Origin: the human T2T-CHM13v2.0 reference genome, Homo sapiens
Direction: 5' to 3' (one strand)
Assembly (NCBI RefSeq): GCF_009914755.1
Contig: NC_060930.1
Length of the DNA: 64,000 nt
Under the pieces are notes generated by a model that saw only the letters and a list, made by a program, of their open reading frames with translations, had not been told where the DNA came from and made no database searches. Both the position numbers and the translations under genes were made by a program. This document shows, piece by piece, positions 28,087 to 45,736 of the stretch (positions are counted from its first letter, which is position 1; the number at the start of each line of letters is the position of its first letter).

Positions 28087-28548
28087 CTGTTAAGGAAAGG
28101 GAGGAGGGAACATCGTGAAAGCCATTTAGCTGCGACCACTGGAACCACAACTTTCACTTTCACATATTCGCTGGAATTGTTATCCGGTAAGAAAGACTCT
28201 AATCTTTGATTCTCATTTTAGATAAATTTGAAGTAAGTCCAATTAGTTTGAAAGAAAAAAAGAAACTAGCATGAAAATGAAGAAATATGATTTGAAACGA
28301 GAATCATTCCATATAAGTAGGCTCCATATGTCAACATAATCCTTAATCAAACTAATGCATTTGTGTAATATTCCTCCATTATACATGGAAAAGAATGAAG
28401 AACCAACCATAAAACACACCGGTTTTAAACATATCTATGCTTTGCCTTAATAAACCCGTGCTCTAAAAATAGCATTCTCTCTAAACAGACTACTTATCAC
28501 ATTTGTAACACATACACGTTGAGGTGTATATAGACTTGAAAGACATAC

Positions 28549-28713
28549 TTGCTTGACTTCCATAAACAACTCCCTCCACCGCCCATTTAGCAACAGTAAT
28601 TGCTGCTTCAGGTCACGGGAAACCATCTCATCACAGGTTTCAATTAGAAAATTGCCAGCATCGTTCATGGCAGTATGCTGCTGAATCCAATGAGGTAAAT
28701 TTCGAAAAAAATC
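28549..28713 (-). CDS. SYNE1: SYNE1 coding exon (~exon 19)
   Basis: GTTTAG| ... |GTATGT, 165 nt; DFFRNLPHWIQQHTAMNDAGNFLIETCDEMVSRDLKQQLLLLNGRWRELFMEVKQ. Confidence 0.95.
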
Positions 28714-30453
28714 CTAAACAATAAATAATGCACAATATCATAAACCATAAACCAAATATCAGTGACTGATATGAAAGTGACTAAAGTAGGAAAAATATTT
28801 TTGTTTTAACATTCATGTGAATTTTAAGATAAATCACAAATCTCTTTAAAATGCACATTTTTGATAAAAAGTTTCAAAATGTGAGCTAGAGATACTGTCT
28901 TTTTTTATAAGAACAATTGTGCCATATCATTTGCCGAAGACAAAACAAAACATGATGACCATTTTCTGTTATTTCTGTTTTACAGATTAAAAAGCTGAAT
29001 TTCTGTAAGTATAAGAGACCTGTGCATAACCTTCAGGCTAGTAAATACCAGTGCCAGAGTCATATAAAAGGCATAATACATTAGGGAAATATATAGCTTC
29101 CTTTTTTATTTGTATAAATTGATGGGGTATGAGTACAATTTTGTTACATGCATAGATTGTGTGGTGGTAAAGTTGGGGCTTTTATTCCTTTTTAAAGAAA
29201 GAATAGCTTTCTTTAATAATTTCTTTTTGACCTGCTACTTTTGATTTTTAAATTTCAGTGTAGTACATTAAGATAATTAGCAATCATGGAGATAAACCAT
29301 CGAAGCAAAAAATTTTAAATTAAATATCTGAGTCAAGAGCACTTAGTACAATAACACACTTTCTTATTTATTTAAGGGTTCCCTCTTGGCAATGAAACAG
29401 TTTCCAACTCATTTTAAATAAAGCGTATGTGTGCACACGCACACACACAACACACATCACAGTGAAAAACAAGGATACCAAAGATAATTCAAAATCCATT
29501 TCGTAAGCCTTGTGTGGGAGGACTTTCCTACATATATAAATAGATTAGAACACTTCTGTTTCTGGTGGTTATATTTCTTTTGATCAAATTAACATGTATG
29601 ACATCCACTAGGGCACTGCCAGTCTAATCAGAAAAGCCAAAATCTGTATGGGTACATAGTTATTGCCTCCCTCAGCTACACAAGAATAGTTGATCTACAT
29701 GAAATATGGAATGGTAAAACATTTAAAAGTGATACATCTACTTGTCCAAACAATAATAGATGAACCAATCTTGGATGGCATGTGGTAATTCTAATGCATG
29801 CATTTTTAGTATCACTTACATATAAATTGATTTTCCATGTAAAAATGCCAGGCTCCCATTAGGAAGTATATAAGCAGAAATCAGTCCATTTCATGTGACA
29901 TTTACATATAAGTGACATTAACATAAAACAGTAACTCTCACAGGCACACACACATACACACTTATAACTGGCCAAAAAATAAATCACTCCTACCCAGAAT
30001 GAGACCCTTGCTTGAAGGTTGATAAAATCCAAAACAGAATATCTAACGAGATACAAATGTCATGGTCCAGTTGTTCAACTGGCGTATGCTACCACATAGA
30101 TCCAGTAGTATGTGTTTCAGCACTACGTGAAAACAAAGTTGTTTTCATCCTCTCTTAAATCAGGAAATCCATGAAGGCTGGGGCCCTAGACACTCCCCTT
30201 CATAGACAGACTTCAGGGTAATATAGTGCCCTCCCCTTTGCTGCCCATTGGATTTACTCAACCCTCCATCAGCTTCTATTAAGCAGTGTATTTATTGGTC
30301 TGTTGCTAACCTGAAAGTGCAACTTTTCAGGCAAAGTCAAGATTCTTGAGTGACACTTGTAAATATATGCGACCCCCTAGTGAGCTACGCTGTAAAAGTC
30401 TCTCATTTTTACATACATCAAACGTCTTTTCTTTTTGCATGAACCAATCTTAC

Positions 30454-30656
30454 CTTTTTGGCATTTTCTGATTGATTGAGCATTTTTTCAGCATCCTCTA
30501 GCCAGGCTTGCAGACTAGCCACTGTATTGCCATAGCGATCCCAGTTAGAGATCACTTCTTCCAGCATGCTCCTCACACTCCTCACTTCTACTGAGAGATT
30601 CCTCCACTGAGCGGTGGTTTCATTCATGAATTTCATCACATTCTCAGCTTCTTCCA
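30454..30656 (-). CDS. SYNE1: SYNE1 coding exon (~exon 18)
   Basis: TTTCAG| ... |GTAAGA, 203 nt, phase 1/0; (V)EEAENVMKFMNETTAQWRNLSVEVRSVRSMLEEVISNWDRYGNTVASLQAWLEDAEKMLNQSENAKK. Confidence 0.95.
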
Positions 30657-30955
30657 CTGAAACAGATAAAACCAATTATAACCCTTATCTCATATTTTAA
30701 ATCCTCTACACCTTTTTTTCTATGGTCTTATACATTGGTGTGCAATAGTATCCATCACAAATGCCAGAGTTCATTTCCAACAAATATGACAGACATAATT
30801 ACAAATGAAAAACAAATGTATTTTACAAATTGTGTCTTTACACTAATTAATTTCTCATTTACTTGATTGGTAATACTTAACGTATTCTATGCTTTTGCCT
30901 TTAATCCTTAGATGCAATTTAGAAAATGAATGCTTATTTTGTTCTCTCTTAGAAG

Positions 30956-30956
<1 letters not shown>

Positions 30957-30995
<39 letters not shown>
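30957..30995. repeat. (AC)n microsatellite, about 19 units
   Basis: Perfect ac repeat in the intron between exons 17 and 18. Confidence 0.95.
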
Positions 30996-30997
<2 letters not shown>

Positions 30998-31179
30998 GAT
31001 TATGCAGGTTAGGCATTGTACAAAGCCAAGGGAACTGAATCCAGTATGTGTTCTCCTGGCCAATGGCAAGGTCACTCAAAAATTCCACGGACAGAAAGAA
31101 TGATCTGATCAGATAGAAACCTGCAGGCTCTAAATTCTACTGCAGTCTACGTTGCAACAAATTCTGTAGTATGTTTTAC

Positions 31180-31276
31180 CTGAACCATCTGCTTTGACAT
31201 ACATCTCAGCTGTCTGTTTCAAGATCTGGTATGTCACCTCATATTGTTCAAAGAACTTGCTATTTTCTATAAAAGA
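31180..31276 (-). CDS. SYNE1: SYNE1 coding exon (~exon 17)
   Basis: TTTCTAG| ... |GTAAAA, 97 nt, phase 0/1; SFIENSKFFEQYEVTYQILKQTAEMYVKADGS(V). Confidence 0.95.
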
Positions 31277-33967
31277 CTAGAAAAGGAGGAATGGTTAGAA
31301 GATAGCAAACATTAGGCTCATGTAGAATGCCAAAGTCAATTTTCTTCAGTATAGCTATAAGCACAGTTTACCCAAATTTGTTAATCTCAGTCTTCTTGAA
31401 AACATAAAATTAATTCCACTGCTACAAATTACCTAAGATCATTCTGAACACATAAATTGATTCCACGCTTTTGATTCTAACCCAGTACAGGACTGAGAAA
31501 ATATTCTATTTCTTCACCAACCAAGGGTTTGCTTTTTGAAGAGACAGAAATTTCTCCAGAGAACTTGGGTCTAACATTTAGAAAGCACTAAATTTAGAAG
31601 AACATTTTAAAGTGTCCCACTGTGTCTCAGCTGCGGAATTCTGTTGCTCTTTGAACATTAATCCTGGTGAATGACTGCTCTGAGGAACTCCAGATTATAA
31701 ATAAATGACGGTGCACAAATGCTTCCCTTAAAATAAAAAGTCAGTAAAAAAATTGGAAATAATTACATATTCTATCCATGTTATCAATGGTCTCACATTT
31801 CAATGACCTATTACAGAAAAATTGCAGTAAGACATGTTTATATATCTATTTGTAATTTATATATATAATAGAATCACTACTGGAAAGTGAATACTATAAA
31901 ATTGAGAATAGACAAAAAAGTTCTTAGGTAAATGTTATTATTGTTCATTTTTAGGAATATAAAATAATGTGCATTTCAAAGATTATTATTACTTCTTGAA
32001 AGTAGAAAATTAATGCAATTACAGTTAAGAACATATCACCAAAGGCTCTTTAATTTCTTGCGATAGTATAATGAGTTCCTATGATTTGAATCTATTAAAA
32101 TACTTGATAAATGTCACGGTCATAAATACAAAATTAGCCTTCAAAAACCAGCTGAATTCTTGTATAGCACGCTGATGAATGCTTAATATAGAGATGCAAG
32201 ACACTTGTGTGCAGAGGAAACATTATTCATACAGCAATTTCATAGAAATCTCTGGATTTTTATTGATAACTGTTTTGAGATAACATTTTAAAAATTGTAT
32301 CTATAACATATTTCATATCATTTTATGTTTATAAAGCATTTACTTATAAATTAACTATTCTTCAGGGATAAAGTGAATAGAGAAAGCTGGAATGAGAGGT
32401 TCCATGATGAATACTACATTCAATAACTTTAATTGGCTTTATTTTATTTGTTTGAGAATAAAGTCAGACAATAGTATTCTGATTAATTCACTATTTAGCC
32501 TTATATCTTCTTATTACAACCCAGTTGAGAAAAGAATAATTTACTAGAATTTAAATTTTGAATAATTTAACTAAACAAGCAATTCATTATTTGATCAAAA
32601 ATGGAAAATTATACCTAATGTTCAAGATACTGCGTAAGAAATTGAAGAAATAATTATATTTGGCAAAGTTTAGAAAAGAATCTGCATTTAGTATTGGTAC
32701 AAATTTCAAGAAGCTAATAGCAAAACAATTTTTCTAAGTGTCAAAGAAATGGGAAATAGTGCATGTGGTTCATAGGAAGACTTAAATATGCTTTTCCTAG
32801 AGAAGTTTACAAAATAATTAAAAATGAACAAGTGAGAAAATCTTATTTCCAATTTAATTTCTGGTCCACGAGGCAGGAAAGAGGGGAGAATGTTTTCAGA
32901 AAGAATGTTTTATAAATGCTGTAGACACTCATTAATGTATTTTTGAATTTGGCTATTAGGAAGACTGGATGATTAATTTTTAAAGAAAGATACCTATTTT
33001 GTATTTTAAATTTGTATTGGTCCATTTAATTTGGTCCTTTTTTTCTGAACATGGAGTAAATGCATTTAGCAATATGGATTATTTTATCTATTGAATCACT
33101 TTGGCAGAACTGCTAAATCTCCATTTTACTGTAAGCTATTTAGACACACCTGTCAGAAAAATACAAATGCATGTTTAAAATAATAATAACAAGATTCATT
33201 TATTTCTTTCAAAATGAGGTTGAAACTTGGATCCCAAGTTCAACAAATAAGCCATTTTAGTCAGGGGACTTTTAAAGTTGATGGTGCTTCAAGAAAAGTA
33301 AATGGCATACTTATTTTTGGTATTTAACTTTAGTGTTAGTGACCGCATTTCTACTTTCACAAGATGAGTGTAAATATAATAAATATGAAGCTCATCAATT
33401 TCACTTGAATGCAACTATGCCAGATTATTCGAGATATTTAAAATTAACATTGAGGAGAGGTTTATCAAGACTATTTACATTAAAATATAATTATGAATAA
33501 TAAAATGAATATTCACACTATGTTGCATTCACACAGTCCACAATTTCAAGAGCTGTTTTTTTTTCTTTCATGTGAAAGATTGAAATATTAGCCTCTTTTT
33601 TCCATGGTGAAATGGAAGCACATGTTTTGGTCATTGTCAACAATTCTGACAGCAAGGACTAAACCAATTACCTTTTGGTTTGCATTACAGCATGCAATCA
33701 CTTACCAATGGCATGTGGCCTAAATTAATGACAGAAAGGATTTGTGAAGTATTTTCCAAGAATTCTTTAAGCACTCAGTGGCTGCATATCTGAGTTGGAT
33801 GTACATTCTCTTTCTCTAACACTTAAAAAAAGTATTCTTTCTTTTTTGCAGGACGGATAAGTCTGAATTGAGAATTATGACTAAGGAAAATATAATTACG
33901 GAAAATTTATGGCCTGAATATTACTTTGGTTATTAGATGATGTAGAAGCATGTAGCTTATTATAATA

Positions 33968-34279
33968 CTTTATTTTTATTTTTATTTTTTTGAAATAGGG
34001 TCTCACTCTGTAGCTCAGGCTGAAGTGCAGCAGCAAGATCATAGCTCACTGCAGCCGTGAACTCCAGGGCTCAAGCCATCCTCCTGCCTCAGCCTCCTGA
34101 GTTGTTGAAACTACAGGTGCACACCATGACACCAGGCTAAATTTTTAAAATTTTTTGTAGAGACAGAGTCTCACTATATTTCCTGGGCTGGTCTCAAACT
34201 CCTGGCCTCAAGTGACTCTTCAACCTAAGCCTCCCAAAGTGCTAGGATTACAGGTGTGTGTGAGCTGCTGCCCCCAGCC
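33968..34279 (-). mobile_element. Alu (AluJ-like)
   Basis: Poly-T, gggtctcactctg...cccaaagtgctaggattacagg. Confidence 0.9.
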
Positions 34280-36794
34280 CTTTTTTGGGGGAGTGTGGGG
34301 GGTGTAAACCAAGGAAAGAATTGCACTTACAAAACTGACTTTGGTGATTTGTGATTTTATTTGAAAGTTTTCAGCCTCTTTGAAATAGCCTGTTCTATAA
34401 TGAATGATTTTCCATAACACTCTAAAAGGATAAGAGAGGCTCTATGAGGTGTTAACATAGAATAAAAACAGTATATGTCAGTCTTTGTTCCCTAGAAAAA
34501 TTCCTACCATTTTATTATTATTATTATTATCATCATCATTATCATTATTAAACATTGGGGAAAGACTAAGCCTTCTAGAAATTAAGTTATTCACAGACAC
34601 ATGGGTGCTCAGTAGCTAAACCATGACCAAACACATTTCTAGTGGCTGGTATCTGCACTTCATCAGTTCCCCACCACTACAACTATGCTGCCTCATATAT
34701 AACTAATAGCAACTATGAGGCTTTCACAGTACACTTACAGGTATGTAAGTGTAAAATATTGTCAGGTATGGACCAATATTAAATTGAACTGATATTTATG
34801 TGAATTACATTCTTTAGATCACTAAGACGTAAGATACCATATCAATGATTTGGTCTGTTAAGTTAAAAATTTTTTTTACAATTTTTTTTAGATTGTGATA
34901 TTCAGCACTTAAGCTCAAGGGCTTTTGATTTGGAAAGATATGGATTCAATTTCTGATTCCACAATTTACCACCTGGAGCGTGTGCCGCCAGGAGCAAGTG
35001 ACTTGAGTCTATGGAACCTCAGTGCTCCTGCACTGGCTCCTTGGTATCTAAAACAATGTGAAACCCCCAGTCTGTAGGGCCATCACTGAGATGAAAAATG
35101 ATGCATGTAAAACACTTGGCATGTGGGAAATGCTCCATACTCCACGGTTATCAAAACTATTAAACAAAATTACCTTAAAACCCTTCACAGAAAAGAAACA
35201 CGAGTGATAAGTAGGTATTCTTCAGTAGCAGATGAGAGTACTAGGAAATGTTAATTAAAGCATGCTACGTATGTAGGATAATCAGCAATTTTATGAATAG
35301 TTATGAAAGTTACAAGGCAGTTTGGAATTAGTAGCTGAGTGAACTTGATGAAGTAGGCAGGGAGTACTAACGTTTTTATCATTAATAATTGTTTATTCAC
35401 ATATCATTTGAGAAAAAGAGAATTATTAATATCATTGTGTTGGAACATTAACCTGGTGGAATAGTCTTATTAGCTGTTTAAATCTGATTGGCTGTTCTGA
35501 AATATCCAGAACAAAGACTGTGTCTGGTATAAATAACTACTGGGCTGAGAGGGTATCATTTGGCATGACTAAATCTGAAAATATACATGCATATTTGTAT
35601 TTCATATTTGCAGAACTAACGTAATTGCTTGAAGCTTAAAATCAAGTTTTTCATAACTTTCCAAAACAACTAAAAATGAGTAAAGGAACATAACAGATTT
35701 TGCATTTTGGAACAAATGTTTCCTAGACAATTTTAGTAAATCTAGGGAAAGATTTTACTGTAAAGCAGTTAAATCATTTTTTTCTCAACTGTATGTTGTT
35801 CACCCGTCACAGAAAATGAAATTAAAATGTAGCAAAACAGATTATAGTTCTAAGATGCTTCAGTGAAAATATGGTTTCAATAAGTACTTCAAGCAGAACA
35901 TGTTTTAGAGTCACTGTGACTAATCAAGTTACAAATGGGTTTATATTTTAAAAGATCATTGATTTATCATAGTATTTGTGTTTAAACATAAATGAAACAG
36001 TACAAGACTAAGATACTCTATTAACATTAATTTTATGAGCAAATTTGCATTGAAAATTAATTTGTAGGATGGCCATGTTTAATTAACTAAGAAATAACCT
36101 GTCTTTAGTATCTATAATACACTAATTACATGTAAGTGAAAACTGCTAGTTACAGAGCAAACAAATTCTTTCATCAATGCAGGTCTATGATTCTAGTAAA
36201 CATAGAATTATCTATATTGATAGCCCAAAATGTGAGATAATCCTTAAAAATTAAGTTGGTACAGAGATTCATAGACAAAATGTTACTCTTCCAGGGTGCA
36301 CACAAGAGGCAATGAAGCCCAGGGAATTACGGTAAAAAAAGACACAGTGGACACAATCTAAAAAAAATAGATAGTTCCCATTTGGACACTTGAGAATGGT
36401 TCTAAACTAGTCATAGTTGAATTTTAAAAGACATGAAGGTAATCTTTAAGTATTTTAATGTAGTTGAAATGGTGACCTCCAATAAAAAATGTGGGTATGC
36501 AATACAAAAACTTTTTTTAAAAATCAATAAAGCCAGTCAGGATGGTCCCATATGATTAATGCAGCAAAGCATTAAACTAAACTGAACTAGGGGATTTTAA
36601 ATAATCAAATTCCAAAGAAATAGGTTTAGATTTCAGATAATTCTGAAAAGCTCATAAACTTGTATCTAACCCATTTAACACACGCTATCTTTATGTTTAA
36701 ATTCAAGAATTAAAATAACAACATCAAAGAAACTGAACTGTGTTGCTAAATCCATGGCTCATAGGAATTCTCTGTCAAAGCACGGGGGACTCAC

Positions 36795-36963
36795 CACGTA
36801 GTTTTGTAGAAGCTGCTCCACTGACTCTCTCCTCCCGTACTTAATGATCCAAGACTTCAGCTTTGACTCTGCAAGAACCAGCAGTGAGAGCAGACGGTAC
36901 TTTAATTCTAAAAATTCCATTTTCATTAGGTGTAGCTCTGATGTGGAGGAAACAAAATGAAAC
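36795..36963 (-). CDS. SYNE1: SYNE1 coding exon (~exon 16)
   Basis: TTTCTAG| ... |GTGAGT, 169 nt, phase 2/0; (R)FHFVSSTSELHLMKMEFLELKYRLLSLLVLAESKLKSWIIKYGRRESVEQLLQNYV. Confidence 0.95.
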
Positions 36964-37498
36964 CTAGAAATAAAACAGGGAGAATTTATAGAATGTAACT
37001 AATAGTAACAGAACTGATGCTTACTTAACCTGTTACATGTCAGCCTTAAATAGAATGCAGCCACAAGCTCTTCTAACTCTGGCTGATCATTTTCTGGAAA
37101 TCCGATTCCTTTTCTAGCTCTGGATTTAAAAGCAAAGCATGAATGATTGAAGTCTTCGATTTAGTTCTTTCCCCTGCCAACACATCTCTCGTCTGTTTCT
37201 TTTATAAGCTGTTTTTGCAATATTACATAATGTTCCTTACAGTACTGAACAAAAATACAGCCTCTGAAGAAACCATTTCTGTGATTTCTAGGCTGTGGAT
37301 AAATTCAGAGTCACTCTTTTCAGTTAATAATACATTAGAATGGTGGCATTCTTAGCATGTCTTATGGGAGCCCGCTTTCTATTTACCAAAGGTAGGCGCC
37401 TCTGTTAAAAAAAAATCATGAAAAAATAAAAGAAATATAAAAAGCGTCCACCTAGTGTTTTAAAAAGAGACTTCATTTAAATGCAGATATTCTCTTAC

Positions 37499-37611
37499 CT
37501 CTCGGCCATGTCCTCTAATTGATCAGGTGGCACTGGAATCCCGTTAACAGACCTGGTCCGGTAGATTTCATGGAATGCTCTTTTGTGGGCATCCGTGTTT
37601 TGAAGCAGATC
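37499..37611 (-). CDS. SYNE1: SYNE1 coding exon (~exon 15)
   Basis: TCTTAG| ... |GTAAGA, 113 nt, phase 0/2; DLLQNTDAHKRAFHEIYRTRSVNGIPVPPDQLEDMAE(R); internal ATG at 37509-37507 in strong Kozak context (GACATGG). Confidence 0.95.
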
Positions 37612-39101
37612 CTAAGATACAGTTTAAAAAAAAAAAAGAAATGAAAAACATGTTTCACAGAGGGCTAAGAAGCATAATTTCCAGCCCGCACCGATGAGTC
37701 AATGTATTCAACAATTTGATCCCGCTGCCACATTCAGAGGCAGCTTGGTGCCTGTCAAAGGCTCTTACCTTGAATAGGAGCTGGGTGCTTGTACTTAAAA
37801 CACTATGCTGGAACTGCATCTAATAATTATGCATCTTTTAAACACACATGACACTTGCACAGCAATGCATTCAGACGTTTTAAAGGCACATGATCCAAAG
37901 GAAAATGTAATTACTGCTATGAAATGATTTTAGTATTTTTTGCCTTTCTGGATATGTTGGTTTTTAAAAGCTTAAAACTGAGCATGACAAATTGAAACCT
38001 TTAATGGCAAAAGAGATTAGGCTTTCTACTGTTATTTTACTTTGAATGCATGCAGACTATTATAAAGTGGTATTTGCTTGCCATCTAAAGTAAATCAATC
38101 ATATTACAATATATTTTGAAATACCCTTTTGATTAGAAAATTTCAAACAAGTGCAGGGAATACCCCATAGGTAACACAGTGAGAAGATTAAATGTGATGT
38201 TAATAAATATTAATTATAGACTGTATAGAACTCCACAGGTTTGATTCATTTATTTAGGTTAATTTGAATCTTCTTTGATTTGTTTGCTGTGTTTTTCATC
38301 ATTTACAAACTAATTTCTAAAAAGATGTACATGTATTTTACACTCCCTCACCAATTTCTCACATAGAAGCAAGGAAGAAGTCAGGTGAAAGGAGATTCAT
38401 GCCTTAATTTCTAGAGCTTAGTTTGTGTCTTGATTGCAGAATAAATACAGTACTTAAAAATGTGTCACTCACTGAAAAAGTAAGACATATTAGACCACCA
38501 AAATAATACATTAAAATTAATATTTTTATCTCATACTAAAATTTAGCAAATTAGAGAAATTAGTAGCAAAACCAGCCTAAAATCAAGAGACACACTTGGT
38601 GGGACAAGTGAAAACTTTTCTATTATAAATTAAAATGTTCAGGTTTGTATATGCTTGCCCACATATGACATTTTAACATGGTAGAAAAACCTTAGGGCCA
38701 AACTATTTCTAACCTGATATATTTTGCTATGATCACATTTTGACCTGCTTTGACTCTGAAGGTAAGTGCAGAGATACTCACAAGTCATGTGTGCCTCAAG
38801 GGAGGGTATTATGTGAAGCCAAGAACTCATCACAGGAGGGTAGAGAACAAACAGGTGTTCTTAGAGCAGCTATTGATGATGAGTATTCTAGCCATTCTCT
38901 ACCTCCTTTACCACACACAGACACATTACTGTAGCTTATGGTTGGGCTGAAACTTTCCCAAGTGACTGCAGAGCACACTTGGAGTTATCACCCCAGCTAG
39001 CTCTGATTTGTGACAGTTTTTAAGTATCTACTATATTGAAAAAGTCTTTACAAGCTACCCAAACAAAAACATTTTCACACATATGATAAAAGAAATTCTT
39101 A

Positions 39102-40940
<1,839 letters not shown>

Positions 40941-41788
40941 AAGCAAGTGTTATAGCAGCTTGTTGGGTAAAGAAGGGAAAGGGCTGCAGGAATGGTCTTT
41001 ATAAGAACTTGTGGTGTTTTGATAATGGAAGCCAACTAGGAATTTTGAGCAGATTGGTGAAATTATCTCAGCTGCATTTTAAGGATCACTGTGGCAATTC
41101 TTCTGAAAATACCCTATCCTCCATACGTTTGCTTCCCATGGCTTCTAAGACAACACTGTAGCTGGATTTCCTCCAACTTCACTGGTTGCTCCTTCTCAGA
41201 CTTTTATTGGTTCTTCTACTCTTCAATCTCTTAATACTGGATTCCCTCCAGGATCAGTCCTTGGTCCCTTTCTCTTCTCTGTATATACTTCTTTATTTAA
41301 TTTATCCAGTCTCAGAGCTTTAAACATCCCTCTAGATGCCAATGACTCCGAATTTTTATCTCCAAGCTGTACTTCTTCCCTGAGCTCTCTTACCTATTGC
41401 TTACTCCACATATCCTCTTGGATGAGAAAAAGACTCAACATGCCCCAAGCTGAATTCCTGATCTTTCCTCCCAAAGCCGCTTCATTGTCTCCTATTCTTA
41501 ATTGATAGAAACTGTTTTTTCAGTTGCACAGCCCCCAAATCATAGTGTCATTTATGACTCTTCTTCTTTCACGGTATGTATCTAATGCTGAAAATTGTTC
41601 TGCCCTCAAAACGTATTCAGAATCTGTCCATTTCTCACCATCTCTACAGCTACTTCCCTTGTTCAAAGCACTCTAACTGGATGATGGAAATGGTACCCTG
41701 GCTTCTGGTCTCCATTCCTAACCCAGTCTATTCTCACACAGCAGCCATATCATGAAAATACTGTCATTCCTTTGGGAAAAAAAAATGG

Positions 41789-42091
41789 GGCTGGGTGCTG
41801 CAGCTTATGCGTGTAATTCCAGCACTTTAGGAGGGTGGGCAGATCACTTGCACCCAGGAGTTTGAGACCAGGCTGGGCAACACGGTGAAACCCTATCTCT
41901 CCAAAAAATACAAAAATTAGTCAGGTGTGGTGGCCCATGCCTGTAGTCCCACCTTCTCGGGAGGCTAAGGTGGAAGGATCACTGGATCCTGGGAGGCAGA
42001 GGCTGCAGTGAGCCATGACCACACCACTACACTCCCGCCTGGGCAACAGAGCCAGACCCTATCTAAAAAAAGAAAAGAAAAGAAAAGAAAG
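41789..42091 (+). mobile_element. Alu (AluJ-like) with (GAAAA)n tail
   Basis: Full dimer. Confidence 0.88.
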
Positions 42092-42339
42092 AAATAAAAT
42101 GGATGAAAAAAGAAGGTTAGAACATTGTGGAGCAAATCAACAATGCCAAAGTGTGATTAAGGAAAGTGAGGCAGTTCAAAGAAACAATATTGGGGAAATA
42201 TACATAGGCACAGAAAACACCACAAAATATATAAAACAATATTCTGAACAATTTTATGCTAATAATTCTGAAGACTTAGTCAAATGCACACATTTTTAGA
42301 AAGTATGCATTATCAATATTGACCCAATTGCAATTTTGA

Positions 42340-44560
<2,221 letters not shown>

Positions 44561-45424
44561 GGCAGAGCCTAATGGCTACTTTCATGATTCCTTATGACTG
44601 AAAGCCTTACTTTGCCAAATCAATACTAAGAATAATAAATTAGTCAGTATAATCACTCTACAAGTATGATAAGCAATAGCTTTGTGGTCACATTTTAAGC
44701 CTAGTGCTGAAGACAACCTGGCTCATCAGCTATGTGACCTTGGGCAAGTCACTTAACCTCTCTCTGCCTACACTTTCCTCATCAGCAAAAAAGGATAATA
44801 ATACCTATCTCACATCCGTCATGTTAAGTGTTTGGTAAAAATCAAATACTTAGGACTGAAACATGGTTAAGTCCTCCATAATAGTTGGCTATGGTTATTG
44901 TTATTTTTCTAGATAACTGAACATTAGGGTAACTGGAAAATAGAAAAGATAATACAGGTACACTATGTTTTGCAGAATAAATAAGTTCTTACATATATAT
45001 ACATATATACGTTAATTTTTCAGAAATAGTAAAACAAAACCACTGGCAGAACCATTCACAAAGTGAACTCTCGGAAACACACCTTTAAAAAATGATCTGA
45101 ATCCAACTTGCAAACGTTGCCTATGCATTAAGTGTTGAAATTGTGTTATTTTTTTAAAAGGTGTGAAGAATGAAAAAAACCAAGCATTGTAACTTTGATA
45201 GCTTGTTCAAGTTTTCTTGACAAAAACCAGAATTACTTTTTAGACCAAGATGGGAAGACAATATTCCCAAACATTCTTGATCATACATCAATGATTCCTA
45301 AATTGTGATTTTCCCAATTTATTGCATCTCCAAGTGAGCCCAATATACCAGCACAGAGGTGTTACATCAAATCGAGAGACTGAGTTGGTGCCATTGAGGA
45401 AACTTATAATTTTTAGTTGTTTTA

Positions 45425-45736
<312 letters not shown>

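Noticed and set aside
30418-30453. Read-through tail VRLVHAKRKDV* after exon 18
   Set aside because: The donor is strong (AAG|GTAAGA), and a short open extension is expected by chance
37019-37032. Donor-like TAA|GTAAGC and CAG|GTTAAG close to the exon-16 acceptor
   Set aside because: The implied introns are only about 60-66 nt, below the usual human minimum
37443-37460. CTCF-like core CCACCTAGTG near exon 15
   Set aside because: Flanking positions deviate from the consensus; not supportable without ChIP data
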